DNA of 63,996 nucleotides, filler included, from Basidiobolus ranarum (GCA_040143965.1; 3 parts of 3 records of this genome joined end to end with filler, not necessarily neighbours in it), one strand, 5' to 3'; positions 13,750 to 26,233 are shown, counted from the whole stretch's first letter. Notes: generated by a model from the sequence alone, not told the origin. Numbers and translations: made by a program.

Positions 13750-15207
13750 TCAAGAAGATACCAATTCAGCTATTCCAATCGTCTTTCTATCAGGATCAAA
13801 CACGACATACCAATAATCGAACCAACTAAGGCCTAGAATCCATACTCCATCAGTTCCTTGGACACCAGAGTAGCATAACTCGGGATTCCCTACTAACTTT
13901 CGAATAGTCTGCAAAGATCCCGCAGGAATCGAAAATTGACGTCCAGAAAATACGAAGCTCACTGCCGGGATATTATTGTCACACGGAATATACCAGCCGT
14001 CATTTTCAATATGTTGTGCTTCAGGAATACCTGAATGAATCTGGTTAACCAATACCGAGTCAATTGATGTTAATGCAGAACCAGTATCCACAACGATGAT
14101 GTCTTTGCCGCCTAGAGAAATACCGCCGAAAAGTATGTCATCTAACTGTAATTGCCAAGTGTGATCCCCTGCTGCGATAGGAATATGTGATATGTCACCT
14201 CTATAGTACTTATCATTTATATATCCGAAAGTTATTTCAGCATTCTGTCTGTTCTTTGGCAAGTATACGGCAAACTTATGTGAGCAGTCCGGAGAATCGG
14301 TACTTAGAGTTTCGATGAAGGGAACGATACCTAAAGTAAAGGTTACACTCTATTCGTAGAGCCTCTATTTCTAAAATTGCTTACCATTAACCGTCTCCGA
14401 TTGAAACCCAAGTCCTAGCAAACCATCAATGGGTTCAGTTAGGTAATCTCCTGAGATGCTTGTGGCAAGGGCAATTTTCTGCTGCTTTACGTTCAAATTT
14501 CCAATGGATAGGTTTTCCTACAAGGGTGGTGAGTTAGTAACAATAAAGGATACTATCATACTTTGAGCAAAGTTAAAACAATGTGCCCAACTCACGATCG
14601 CTTGAACTCCTTTAGCAAATGAGCTGTCTGCGTATTCAATTTCCCACGACTGACCATCGGGTGCAAAGCTGCTTGATCTTTCTGGATAAAAAAGCCGCGG
14701 TTTGGATCGACAGAAGTCATTTTCACACGGGTTAGCGTTTACCCAAATGTCGGCTGACCCCGTGTCAATAAACAGCTGAAACATTTGTGGTGGTGTTCCG
14801 ATTCCGACCTCCATGTAATACTAAATAGAGGATTCAGATGTTGGTACTTGTGTGATATATAATAGCTAACCACAAACTTACTGCTCCCAATGCTCCAGCT
14901 CTATAGTAAGTCACAGGACTTGCTCCTAAGTTTGTAGAATGATAAAAATTCCCTAGAGTCTGTTTAGCTTCTCATATGATAACTTCTAAAAGGTTGGATA
15001 AATACCTGCTTTGTTCTTTTCGCCATGCATTGTAGTTGTCGCAACAGTAGTGAGGTTAGATTTATATCGAATTCCAAAATTAAGCCTACTAGCCCAGTGA
15101 TTAATCATAATGAACATAAGCCAAAGAAAAATCACTTCTTACTCTGACGGGACAGCCAAAACTGCTACAGCTAACATCGAATTTATTAAAAAGTTGACAG
15201 CCATCAT
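13750..15207 (-). CDS. Secreted pepsin-like aspartic protease (family A1), multi-exon
   Basis: Two catalytic motifs, FIDTGSADIW and VVDTGSALT, plus IGTPPQ, flap EYADSS and IDGLLGLGF. The short 5' exons splice in frame to a signal peptide MMAVNFLINSMLAVAVLA. Confidence 0.9.
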
Positions 15208-16419
15208 GATTTTAGGGTCACAATGAGCAAAATGCAGAGATATCTGGTATTTTAGGATAAGCAATAGGATGTTGGGGTGAGGCCAGTTTTATATAAAACT
15301 CGAGTTGTTATTTGATGCGGAAAAAACAATGCGTCAATTGTCTTTCTGGTTATTAGAGAAGACTCAAGATTACGAGATCGTGCATACAATTAACTCGATA
15401 TTCCTACCGAAACACTGGGGTAGGAGATGAAACATTGAGTGTATCCAAGCGTAGATAAACAAGTGTTCGTGCTAGTTGATATTTATATACAATTGCTAGT
15501 CAGTACGAATCTCAATGAATGTAGACGTAACGCCAGCCGTAAATATGCTTAGCAACACGGCTCCAGGAAAGCCGTCGTGACTTGGAGCTTTGTGTAGCTC
15601 TACAGTCAAGCCTTATTCCGCCACATCTTGCCAATATTCAAGGATGCAGTTGCTGGAGTGTTTTGAGATCTAAGTACTCTGTCTGAATTAACGAAAATAT
15701 TAATGTTTGTGGTGCACATATATGTTTTAATTGTTATGCAAGAGCTGGTTTCTTAAAAGGCTTGCACAAATCTCAACATTAAAATATAACACCAGTGGTT
15801 CATTAAGGATCGACAAGATCACACAGAAATTCAATCACTAGAACTATGGTCACTACAGAATCACAATGTTTCACTAAAACACTGTGATTAAGGGAACGTT
15901 TCAACGTAGTAACTAAGGAACCATCATGCATGGCGGAGGATTCTTACAACAGCCAGTCAGCCTAACAAACAAAATACCTAGTGTCACACTGATAGTCAGA
16001 ACAGCTTAGACCAGGAATAATAAACTCCGCGAGTTCAACGTTTTCAATAGACATTATTCTTGTTGGTGTGGAGTAGTTCTTTGTTCCAATCAGAAGATGG
16101 TTAGTCGGAGAAATCTTGTTACTCGTCTGCTCACAATCTCAGACTATCGAGAGCCTCAAAAGAGTCATGTGTATTCAACTACTTTGGTCTATCAGTATAT
16201 ATACATATATATACCATAACCTGGCTCCATACCAACCATTTGTTCATACAGGGAACGCCTTAGACTTTATATCCTGTTTTTCTGTAAATAATTAAATTCC
16301 GGTGTTAAAGCCTAACCCTAACCCCAAGATAATCCACATCTAACCTATTCCCAGATCACCAAGCCTCTAAAGTGGAAAAGAAAAGGTAACCTTTGAAAAT
16401 AAGAACCTTATCTTAAGCC

Positions 16420-17655
16420 ATGATCGTAGAAACACAAAGTAATTCAACTCTCAAATGGCTATCTTCTGGGCTTAATATCCTATCCATTGTATGTTCTATG
16501 GTGGTGGTGTCGAGTATTTTGTCTATTCAACTCTATCGACCTAGTTTAACGAGACGTATTTCTTTCCGCTTAAGGCTATGGATTGCTTTGACGTACATAT
16601 TTTTCAGTGGATTTCAACTATTGATGTCTACCTCCTGGGTAAATAGTCGTGTGGGATGTTCGCTGATAGTTTGGGGATATTTAGAGTTCACGTTGGCCTC
16701 ATTATTCCTTACCGTAACAATACCTATTAACCTACATCGGGTATTCCTAAAAAACAAACAACCACAAAACAACTCTGAGATATATAATGTACTTTTCGCC
16801 ATGGTCATGTCACTAATGCTGACCTCTCCGCCGTACTTCTTAGGGTTCTACGGCCGCAGTAATAATGACAATACATGTTGGATCCAAGGAACTCTTACCA
16901 GAGTCACGGTACTCCACTGGTCTATCCTGTTCAGTTGGATGATCCTGAGTATTCTCTATATATTTTGGGTCACATTGTGGACATACCAAACTACTCATAA
17001 CGAAGGCCAAAAAGTCAAATCTGATTTGCCACCCATCCAATATCTTTCCAATAATTCCTCATCTAACACATCCCAGTCTGAATCCTTGCCATGTGCTATC
17101 TGGGATCAAATCCCAACCGGAGGTCGCATTCGAAGTGCTTTAAGGAGGATTACCATTTATCCATTTGTTTGGGCTATTTTACAGTCAATATTCGTAATAT
17201 TTGGAATATCCTCTATGCTGAATAGGCCTGGACACAACTCTCGACTGGTACTTGTAGTTCTTACTGCGGTACATGGTATCGTCCATTCAGTAACGTTTTG
17301 CTGGGACCCAACAGTTCAAGTATGCTTGAATACGTTGTCAACAGATCTACTCGAACAATACCACTCGCGTCCACGTAAAGCAGGTCTTAGGTCCAAGTTG
17401 ATTTATCTATTTTGCAAGGTTATTGCATCAGAAGATCAAACCAAGAGTCTCCAAGATGAATTACTCAGCCAAAGTAACTCGGATTCAGGCACCCGACAAA
17501 GTCCTGCGGAGACATTATTTGCCAACTCCAAATTCGACCTAACTCTAAAGACCCCCACTAGAGCTCACTTCTTTAACCAAAGCGAAATTTCAGTAGATCA
17601 AATGTCCTATTCAACAGGTAGCCAAGAAAGAAAGTTAAAATTGGGCCTTATTTAA
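16420..17655 (+). CDS. Seven-transmembrane GPCR-like protein, paralog of 2815-3879, single exon, 411 aa
   Basis: Seven hydrophobic segments with RISFRL, GCSLIVWG, INLHRVF, TCWI and FCWDP at positions equivalent to the first receptor. Long Ser-rich ICL3 and C-terminal tail. Confidence 0.8.
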   Translation: MIVETQSNSTLKWLSSGLNILSIVCSMVVVSSILSIQLYRPSLTRRISFRLRLWIALTYIFFSGFQLLMSTSWVNSRVGCSLIVWGYLEFTLASLFLTVTIPINLHRVFLKNKQPQNNSEIYNVLFAMVMSLMLTSPPYFLGFYGRSNNDNTCWIQGTLTRVTVLHWSILFSWMILSILYIFWVTLWTYQTTHNEGQKVKSDLPPIQYLSNNSSSNTSQSESLPCAIWDQIPTGGRIRSALRRITIYPFVWAILQSIFVIFGISSMLNRPGHNSRLVLVVLTAVHGIVHSVTFCWDPTVQVCLNTLSTDLLEQYHSRPRKAGLRSKLIYLFCKVIASEDQTKSLQDELLSQSNSDSGTRQSPAETLFANSKFDLTLKTPTRAHFFNQSEISVDQMSYSTGSQERKLKLGLI

Positions 17656-18271
17656 AACCAATTGTGCGGAATGCAACTTGTACAAATTTCTTCACCCTAC
17701 ATTATAACTTTTACTAGTACCAACTTAAATTAATGAATAAATTCTTATTAACAAATGAGGCGGAGTCATATATATGATGTATTAGGTAATCGCACCAATG
17801 GGGATTGTAAGTATAACCCAGCCACAGTCATTACTGCCATTACATAGATCTAAGGCCCATCGCTCATTTGTAGTTAACTACAAATAAAGTAACTTGTCTG
17901 AAACTCAGTCACTGTTTACATCAAAAGGATAGCACCTTAAGCCGTCGTACTTGCCTCTGATGACTGGATCAACCTGCAACTCCTAATATCTGCTGACCAA
18001 TTCCAAAGGAACAAGGTAAAATCATTGTTTTGGAACTGTACTCTAGAGAGTTCTAGTACCACAAGAGTATTTACTAATGGAAACAATCCTTCAGCATATG
18101 TCACCGCTTTACTGCTAGCATCAATCCTGGAAGTTCATGGGATGTACATTGAGTCACTTCTGTCACATGAATTGCAAGGGAAAATATTATATATGTTGAG
18201 CATAGGAAAATGAACCGTTTATTTAATTTGGGAAAAATCATGCCACCTACAAAATGCATACCAAATCTAAT

Positions 18272-18661
18272 CTAAAGGCTTTCCAGGTTACGCTTCTTGA
18301 TTCCACTGTATCTTTCCAATTTATCCTTAACATTTATCAAGCCAGCGACTTCCAATAATTCACCTATCGTCATGTTCAAAGGGATACGCTTCAGTTTCTC
18401 AAACTTCTTGAATATGCGATTGATTCCCTTGAAGGAGGAAGTCTTCTTCAACAAGAGTTTCAATGCTTTAAGTGTGATAACCGCCCGAGTAACACCTTTC
18501 AACTTCAGTTCGTTTAAGCTGTCTAATTCTGGAGTCTCCGCTAGATCACGCTTTGTAAGCGGGGTTCCAGGATGTGGTCTCGGATCAGAAGATGATGCTA
18601 CCACATAGCAAGTAGCAAAAGCTAGAGCGAACAAAAGAGTGATGAATTTTGGCAAGAACAT
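18272..18661 (-). CDS. Small secreted protein (129 aa) with signal peptide and KR dibasic sites; function unknown
   Basis: ATG at 18661 gives MFLPKFITLLFALAFATCYVVA. Dibasic sites at PLTKR, KLKR and IKKR. TATA-like TATAAAG lies about 55 bp upstream. Confidence 0.7.
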   Translation of the reverse strand: MFLPKFITLLFALAFATCYVVASSSDPRPHPGTPLTKRDLAETPELDSLNELKLKGVTRAVITLKALKLLLKKTSSFKGINRIFKKFEKLKRIPLNMTIGELLEVAGLINVKDKLERYSGIKKRNLESL

Positions 18662-19461
18662 GATAGAGATGGAAAGAGGTGGAATGAAAATCTTCAACGT
18701 GGTATGCAACGCTTTATAGCCGTTCTTTGTGATGATTGCATCCACTCAAACATTGTGATGAGTTGGCATTAAGGGGTACGCTGTTACAGAAGTGCAATAG
18801 GTGATCGATATCCTCAACATATACATCCATGCAGTATGCAATGGTCCATCACTGACTACTTCTACAGTCCACTTTAGAAAATTAGATTAATATGTACAAT
18901 TGATACTAATATTATATGAACAATCGAAAGCGAAACAACACATCGAAGGTTTCACTGTTATGTTTCAAGAGGTATAGTAGAAAAGACTTGCAGTGAATGT
19001 GCTTACAAGGCTACCTTACATTACCGATCTCAATGCATGCTCGTACTACGAAATTTGGTGTAGTCTCTAACCAGGTATCCCATTAACACGTAACTAAAGC
19101 AGGAAATTGTTACTTAGGTTGCCAAACATGGAAGTTCGTTACTACTGCATCTATGTAATCGAGGTTGAAGGCATTGCATGCATCAAATTCGGCTATGTAG
19201 AGGTAGATTGTGAGATGTATGAACATCAAAGAAATAGGGAAATGTAAATGACTCCTTGTTTCGTATAGTTGCACGAGTTAAATTTTCACTTCATCCCTAA
19301 AACATTAACACTTTATATATGTATAATACAGTATCAGCCCAAATTCCACATATGCTCCATCATTCTTTGCTTTGGTCTTGTGTCTTTTACTGCAAATCCA
19401 ATCATTTTAAATGGGGTAGGTGTAGAAAATATTAACACTTGGAAAGCTTCTACAGAGGTAT

Positions 19462-20451
19462 ATGTTAAAGTATTTGGGCGCCTGTTGGAAGTGGTTGGGA
19501 GAATTAGAGAAATTGGTGGTTTTCACTTATTGATTTATTGAGTTCAAAGTTGACATTATAGTTTTATCAAGATGTAAACAAACTAACGTGTAGTATATGT
19601 TAAGAAAGGTCCCAGGAACATGTGTGGAAAGTTTGGAGCTTCCAGTACAAAAAAGAACGAAAGATTTTGAATTTTATTATTTTTAGCACCACTTATCTTC
19701 TTTATTACTTTTAGTTGCATTGTTGAGAATTCGCATGCAAATGGGCTCAAGAACATAACCATAATAGAAAACATAACTGCAAAGCATGCTACTTAAATCC
19801 AAAGATCTTGACCAAGCCTCTTCGGCCATCAATTATATTTCCACAGTATTAATATTATGTCTCTTAGGTGCATTAGGTTCATAAAATCTTTGGAAGATAT
19901 GCAAGATATTTGGCTAATATTTTTAACTGCTGTTCGTAGTTAACTTACTCAATACATGAAACAGGTGAACTCAAAAATCAAGCATTGACCGGCTTATTTC
20001 TCCTAATCTAAAGGCGACTATGTACTATATTCCGGAAATAATATATATAGTATAGTTAACTATCTCTAAATTAGAAATGAACAGAATTACATCACCGCCA
20101 ATCTGTTGAAGTTAGCATTGCCTAAACACCTATATAGTCATCTATAGCTTAGTATTTAGTTATTCTATATTGAACTAAGATATCACTCATTATTCTCATG
20201 AGAAATTTACTTAGAATATTGACACCACTTAGAAGTTGTCAGATATATAGATTTTTCAAACTTGTGCTAGAAGCCTCAAACTTTGTGCACATGTTTCCGG
20301 GACCTTTTTTAATACATTCTATACGTTTGCTTGCTTACATATTGATAAAACTATAAATGTCAACTTTCTATTCAATAAATAAATAAGTGAAAACCACCAA
20401 TTCTTCTAGTTCTCCAAACTACTTCCAACAAACTCTCAAAATACTTTAACA
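19462..20451. repeat. Degenerate long inverted repeat; arms ~19462-19650 and ~20261-20451, spacer ~610 bp; possible decayed TIR element
   Basis: The left arm (tgttaaagtattt...aattggtggttttcacttat...aaagttgacattatagttttatcaa...aaaggtccc...aacatgtg) matches the reverse complement of the right arm with scattered mismatches. Confidence 0.8.
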
Positions 20452-21490
20452 CAATCTATGCTGCTTGCTGAAACTCAATAGAAATCAGAGAGTGACTATA
20501 GAGGTTGAAATTTATTGAATGGCGTTGTCACATCTTCAAACTTTAAAGATTGGAAATACAAAATAGTTTACTAAAGTGTGAAGGAAGACAAGTGTCAGCA
20601 AGACTGAGAATTATAATTTAGGAACTTCATTATCATGGGTCGGATTTTGTGATCAACTTCGAGTGTATTTTCCCTCAACATGGTGCAGATACGAAACTGA
20701 ATTTGTTGCTAAGTATATTTCATAGCGATCTGTAAGGAAATGCTTAAATTCCAGTACTACTGATTTCAATCGACGCACTATATGTGTTGGAAGTTGCCTA
20801 CATTTTATAACGGTGGCATTCTACTGGATTCCTTCCGCTTATAATTCGTAAATATCAACTTGATGAGATGTGTGAATATGAGGATTTCTGATTGCACACG
20901 CAATTGGGTGAAATTCAAAGTTGTATCGATAGTTAATAACAGTTGAGTGGAGTTTTAAGGAAATCTAATAATAGCAATTCTGTTGAGAACGTTTTCAAGT
21001 TTCTTGGATATTTCAATTCAAGTTGTGATTTCAGTAGTATATATGTTACAGACTGTATATGATTACTTGAGTACCCAGTGAAAATACTTCAACATGTACT
21101 GTACACCTACTCGATTACAACGGATTGGCAATAATTGACTAATTATGTACGGTCTTTGAATATTAGGTCTCGTTTATTTTCTTGATGATAGAACCCTCAT
21201 TATGGCTAACACTCATAAAAGATATGATAATACTAGTGTATTCAACGACTGACTAAAATTGGCAGCCACTTTGCCCAATTGCCAACATCCAGATGTAGCT
21301 AAAGTCAGGAATACACAAATTCATTCTAAACGGATCCAATCGAGGAGTGCAATAGACCATACACTACAAATGGATATTGGAAAGACAGCCAAAATATGTT
21401 TCGGTGAAATCTATTCTTTTTAAATTCAAGTGAATTGACAGTGAAATAGCTATACAAAAAATAAATAAACCATCAAGCCAAATAGCTACT

Positions 21491-22972
21491 TTAGAAAGCC
21501 AATTGCTTGAGGTTTTGTGATAAAATAATATCGTTAACGGATGACATAATATGCCTTATTTGTGTAGTGTCGGTGGCGTATGTGAAATGTGTGTACACCA
21601 TTTTCTCGGTGGACCGATTAAGGCTTTCAAATCGAGTCTTGAAATATGCACTAGTCGAGTTATAATCGTCGCTTGGACCTGTGTATTCAAGTAAGAATCA
21701 GCTTGTTTGGATGTTAGAAACTGATGAACCTTACCTGTGTAGTCTGGGAAATAGGCTGATACTGGACTATGCTTGATTTTATCTCGGAATAGGTCGATTT
21801 TATTCAAAAACAAGATAACGGAAGTGTTTTCGAACCAGTGTGAGTTGCAAATCGAATCAAATAACATTAGTGCTTCGTGCATACGATTCTGTTTAAAGGA
21901 GGTGAGTACTCAGATGGTAGAGTGTGAGATGATATACATCAACATACCGTGTCACGGTCCTCTGCTAATGTTTGGTCATACCCACTAATCGCCACCAGAA
22001 AGAGTAGCGCTGTGACATCTTCAAAACAATGAATCCATTTCTTTCGCTCAGATCGCTGGCCTCCTACATCCACCATTCTACGAGAAAAACATTGGCCCTT
22101 AGTAACTATACATGTTTATCTTTGATCATTAGTAAATTTAACTACCGATATGTTAACGGGTTCATGTCGAACATCGTTTCAGTGATGCCAGTTGTTTTGA
22201 TTCTTGTATACAGAATGTCTTGGTCAGAAGGCTGATAGTTCGGCTCAAAGAGACGATCCAGAGAATCAAAAAAGCTGTTAAGGAACAACGACATTAAGGT
22301 AAGTCAAAGCCGTTTGCATTGGAATCGGTATTATGAAAGACTACTCACTATATGGCGTTATCATCAAGCTGATAAAGGTTTGACTTTTGATAGCAAAGTT
22401 GGGTCCCCTTATCCTCCCAAATGGATCTCATTCCGACAAGATACTGTGTTGGATACGGATCGCCATGATTAAGCTCAGGAATATCCTCAAATAATGTGAT
22501 GTATTCCTGGAATTTTGTTAATGTACAGGAATAAGGGATTATTTACCATGGAAGGTAGTACGTACTGAATTTTTTGGGTTATCTAAAGAAATACTCAACG
22601 CCTCCATTCCAATGAGAAGATCTCTTATCGATTGGCTAGTATTACGAAATATAACTATTCTATATGACTCACGCTCCAGGTCCGTGAAACCACGGTTGTG
22701 TATTAAGCGCATTTGCTTTAATATGGTAGATTTACCAGATTCTCCAGCACCTGTACAAGATCAGTAGCAACACATGCAAAATTTTTAGTGATCAGTACAG
22801 ACAGCACTACTCATTATGGATGCTGATTGAGTTCTTACAAAATAGGCTTACCTAGCAATAGTAGTTTTACTTCATTTTTTACTCTCTTCGCGTCTTCTTT
22901 GAGGCGCTTCTCGATTAATTTGTTCTTGTGCGTTTCTTCTGAAGATTGTGGAGATACAAAGCAATTTCCCAT
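21491..22972 (-). CDS. Heterotrimeric G-protein alpha subunit, multi-exon
   Basis: MGNC N-terminus (myristoylation/palmitoylation), [42 protein letters not shown] and FTYATDT. The C-terminus NLKQLAF resembles fungal group II (GNA-2-like) tails. Confidence 0.95.
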
Positions 22973-23564
22973 GATAGAATGTACTAAGAAATCGATTTCA
23001 AAGGTTGTAAAAGGGACTCTCCACAGTAAGAGAATCTATCTAACTTGACTAAATATTTGGAGACGAATGACAACTATATGCCAAAATGGGTAATAAGGAG
23101 CTGTTCGAAATAGACGAGAAAGCCTTCAGGCTAATATTAGGTATATGTATGAAATACTGAATAGGTAGAAGGATATTTCAACCAATTTCGGGATGAACTG
23201 GTGAAAGAGAGATGTACGAGTGAGGGCAATGAAATCCAAGTTGAGATTAATGATAATTATCATCCAGCTGTCTCTCTAATGGCAAGTTGAAGAGCACGCG
23301 GAAAAAGAAAAAGATCCCTGGGCTACTATTGGCTGTCTATTTAATGCACTCGCTAAGCAAGTCATTAAAAATTGCTTTTTAACTTGGCAATCAGCCACCG
23401 ATTGGCCTCTCAACCAAGTAACATCGAGTCACGCATAAACACCTTCAATGGTTTATATCGATCGTCACCAATCAAAGATGCGACAAAGAATCAGCGTGGA
23501 ACAGCGTTCCATCAGATCTTCCTTTGGACTCAAACAGAGCGCTTGATTATCGTGAGAAATTCAG

Positions 23565-23664
23565 NNNNNNNNNNNNNNNNNNNNNNNNNNNNNNNNNNNN
23601 NNNNNNNNTTAATTAATTAANNNNNNNNNNNNNNNNNNNNNNNNNNNNNNNNNNNNNNNNNNNN
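23565..23664. other. Scaffold gap with artificial TTAATTAATTAA linker (23609-23620)
   Basis: 44 N, then a 12-nt linker giving stops in all six frames, then 44 N. Identical to the gap at 47108. Confidence 0.97.
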
Positions 23665-24037
23665 TCCATCATGGACTTTCACCATCGCCATTCTTGGTAC
23701 TCAAGTGTTCGCTATGTTGATCTCAGTCTTTGGTGTACCAGGTCTTACTCATGCTATCGGTTGGGGTTGGGGCTTCGGTATTATCGCAATCTCACTTGGA
23801 TACTTCATTGTTCTCGATTTTGTCAAAGTATTCATGTTCCGTTACTGGTCATTCGAAGTTACCGCTTTATTGTGGCCATCACCTGCCCGTCGTAGAGGGC
23901 TTGCTGAACGTAAGGCACGTAAGGAAGTTCTTGCTCGTGTTGCCATCAACAACGAGAAGGTTCGTACTGCCGTTCGCGCTATTGGTGCTATCAGCCTTCT
24001 TAAAAACGCAGTTTCTGAGAAACAAGCCAGAGTATAA
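23665..24037 (+). CDS. PMA1: Plasma-membrane H+-ATPase (P3A type), C-terminal fragment truncated by the gap
   Basis: PSWTFTIAILGTQVFAMLISVFG...IGWGWG...FIVLDFVKV matches the last transmembrane helices of P3A H+-ATPases. Codon usage looks like a highly expressed gene. Confidence 0.78.
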
Positions 24038-24701
24038 GTATCGGCACTTGATATTTTCATTGACTTCTAATGCATGCCCTATCCCTTTCTCCATCTCATT
24101 TCCATAGCTTGATACATAGTAATCATCTCGGTTTATTTTCCGATGGCTTTTTCACTTGAAGCACAACTTCATATTCGTTTTCTTAATTTTTATCTCAGTT
24201 ATTAGATAACTAGTTGCTACCTTTAACCAGTGTGATCGTTGTGTTTCACTTAGTTACTGGCTATCATCGGAATTAATACTTAATTAATAAATGGTCGAAT
24301 TCTTTCGAACAGTATCTCTTTGCACCATTCAATTCACACGCAACGGGGTAATGTAACTTCAACAACAGTTAATTTGTTCACTTGCTACTTGCTGACCCAG
24401 CAGATAATATAGATAATATCTGCTTCAATACTAGGCACCTCTGGTGTAAATAAACAGATACTTTCATTTCTGATAATATTGTAAAATCGTCTAATCATAC
24501 TTTAGAGCTGCCATGTCAGCCTTCTTATAGTTTTTAAATATCTCAGCTGTATCGCTTCAATTGTTTTCATTCTCAAAGCGTCAATAGTCATTTCAAGCGG
24601 TAAGAATCTTTATTTGACATGAATGATTGTCTAAGCCACTTGGAGAGCATTCCCGTTACCAGCTTCTACATGGGATGTATGGTTTGCACGATGCTATGGA
24701 A

Positions 24702-26233
24702 TCACAATTGCTCAATAATCTTGGATTTAAACGGAGCTTTTGAGCTCAATTGTAACTCTTGGTGGATTTTGTCAATCAATTTTATGTAAAGATCAACCGA
24801 ATTGACCAAGTCGGACTTTGTGATGTACTCCTCTGGTTTATGAGCAACTAAAATAGAACCTGTTTTTATGACTGGTGTTATTACATGCTTGAGTGAACAA
24901 AGAGTTACGTGAACAATGGTACCTGGTCCAAGAAGATAGTTCTTTCCTTGCCCTTTCCAACGTGCAAAATCTGTTCAAATATCGATTAGTTAACGTTGCA
25001 TATACCGTTTACTATTTTCTATGTACAGACCTGTGTTGAATTTGGCTACACCGGTTTCAAATCCATCAATGATGTCAAGCTTCACTGGTTCATACTTGTT
25101 ATGAAGGGTTAAGGCAACTCCTTGTGGACTTCCGATTCTCTTTGTAATCGTGTCCCAAACGAAAGTAGTGTTCGTTGCAACTCGGATAGTTCCGCTAGCA
25201 GTAGCAATTTCTGGAACCACATTTGCGGCCACTCCACCATTAATCAATCCCACATTTATTGTGTCAGCTCCAAGAGTACTATCTACTGCAGGAAATATCT
25301 ATGCAATATATTAATACACGCACAAATAATCAATTTTTCTTCGAGAAATCCCATTTACAATACTGTTTAGTGATATAACCGCGGAAAGAAGTTGGGAAAT
25401 GGCGGACCTTCCTAATTCAGGATATCCGGAATGAGCAGCCACCCCTTTACTCTCGATAGAGAATGACATTACACCTTTATGTCCCAGAATCAACTTGTTT
25501 TCGGTTGGTTCACCTATAATTAAAGCAGCAGGTGCGAGCTCCAGCTTTTAATTTCAAAGATACAGGAAGTTAAAATAGTATTCAGGCAACAGGAAGATTT
25601 AATTACTAACCTCAGGTATTTTTATCATCCCTTGACCACCCTTTTCCTCTCCAACCACATACAGAAGACTGTAATTGCAAGAGACTTTAGTACCAAATAA
25701 ATTCTTTGAAAAATTCATATTTATGTTTCAAATATTTACCCAACATCTAGATCCGGATTTTCTATTAAAAGTTCTTCAACAGCGATAATTTGAGCCGCAA
25801 CAGAGCTTTTAGCATCACAAGCGCCGCGGCCAAATATTTTATCTCCCTCAAGTTTATAAGGGATAAAAGGTGGTACTTCATATAATAGGTGATTTAGACT
25901 AGGTATTCCAAGTATAAATATAATAGAAGTCTAACCTGTATCAACATGACTAGAAACAACGATGGCTGGATTTCTGTTGCCTAAATGAGCAAAAATATTC
26001 TCTCTTACTTGACCATCGTTTGCGGTCGAAACAAACTGCTTCTCGACCGTCCACCCACGGTTTTCCAAATAGTCGCTTAAAAATCTAGTTACTTGGGCCT
26101 CGTTACCAGTAACTGAATCGATGGTAATAAGCTGCTCGTGTAAACTGAACAACTCATTATAATTTGTTTGTCCATTGGTATAGGATAGTATAGAAAGGGT
26201 GCAGAGAAGTGTCTTGAAAAAATTATTAACCAT
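24702..26233 (-). CDS. Secreted M20-family metallopeptidase (ArgE/DapE-like), multi-exon
   Basis: Signal peptide, then SSHVDT, GRGACDAK, VVGEEKGG, IGEPTEN, GVAAHSGYPELG and GPGSILVAHKPEEY across exons. Stop TGA at 24702-24704. Confidence 0.9.

Noticed and set aside
23609..23620. Palindromic TTAATTAATTAA (also at 47152-47163)
   Set aside because: Centred in N runs and identical in both gaps; it is an assembly linker with six-frame stops, not biology.
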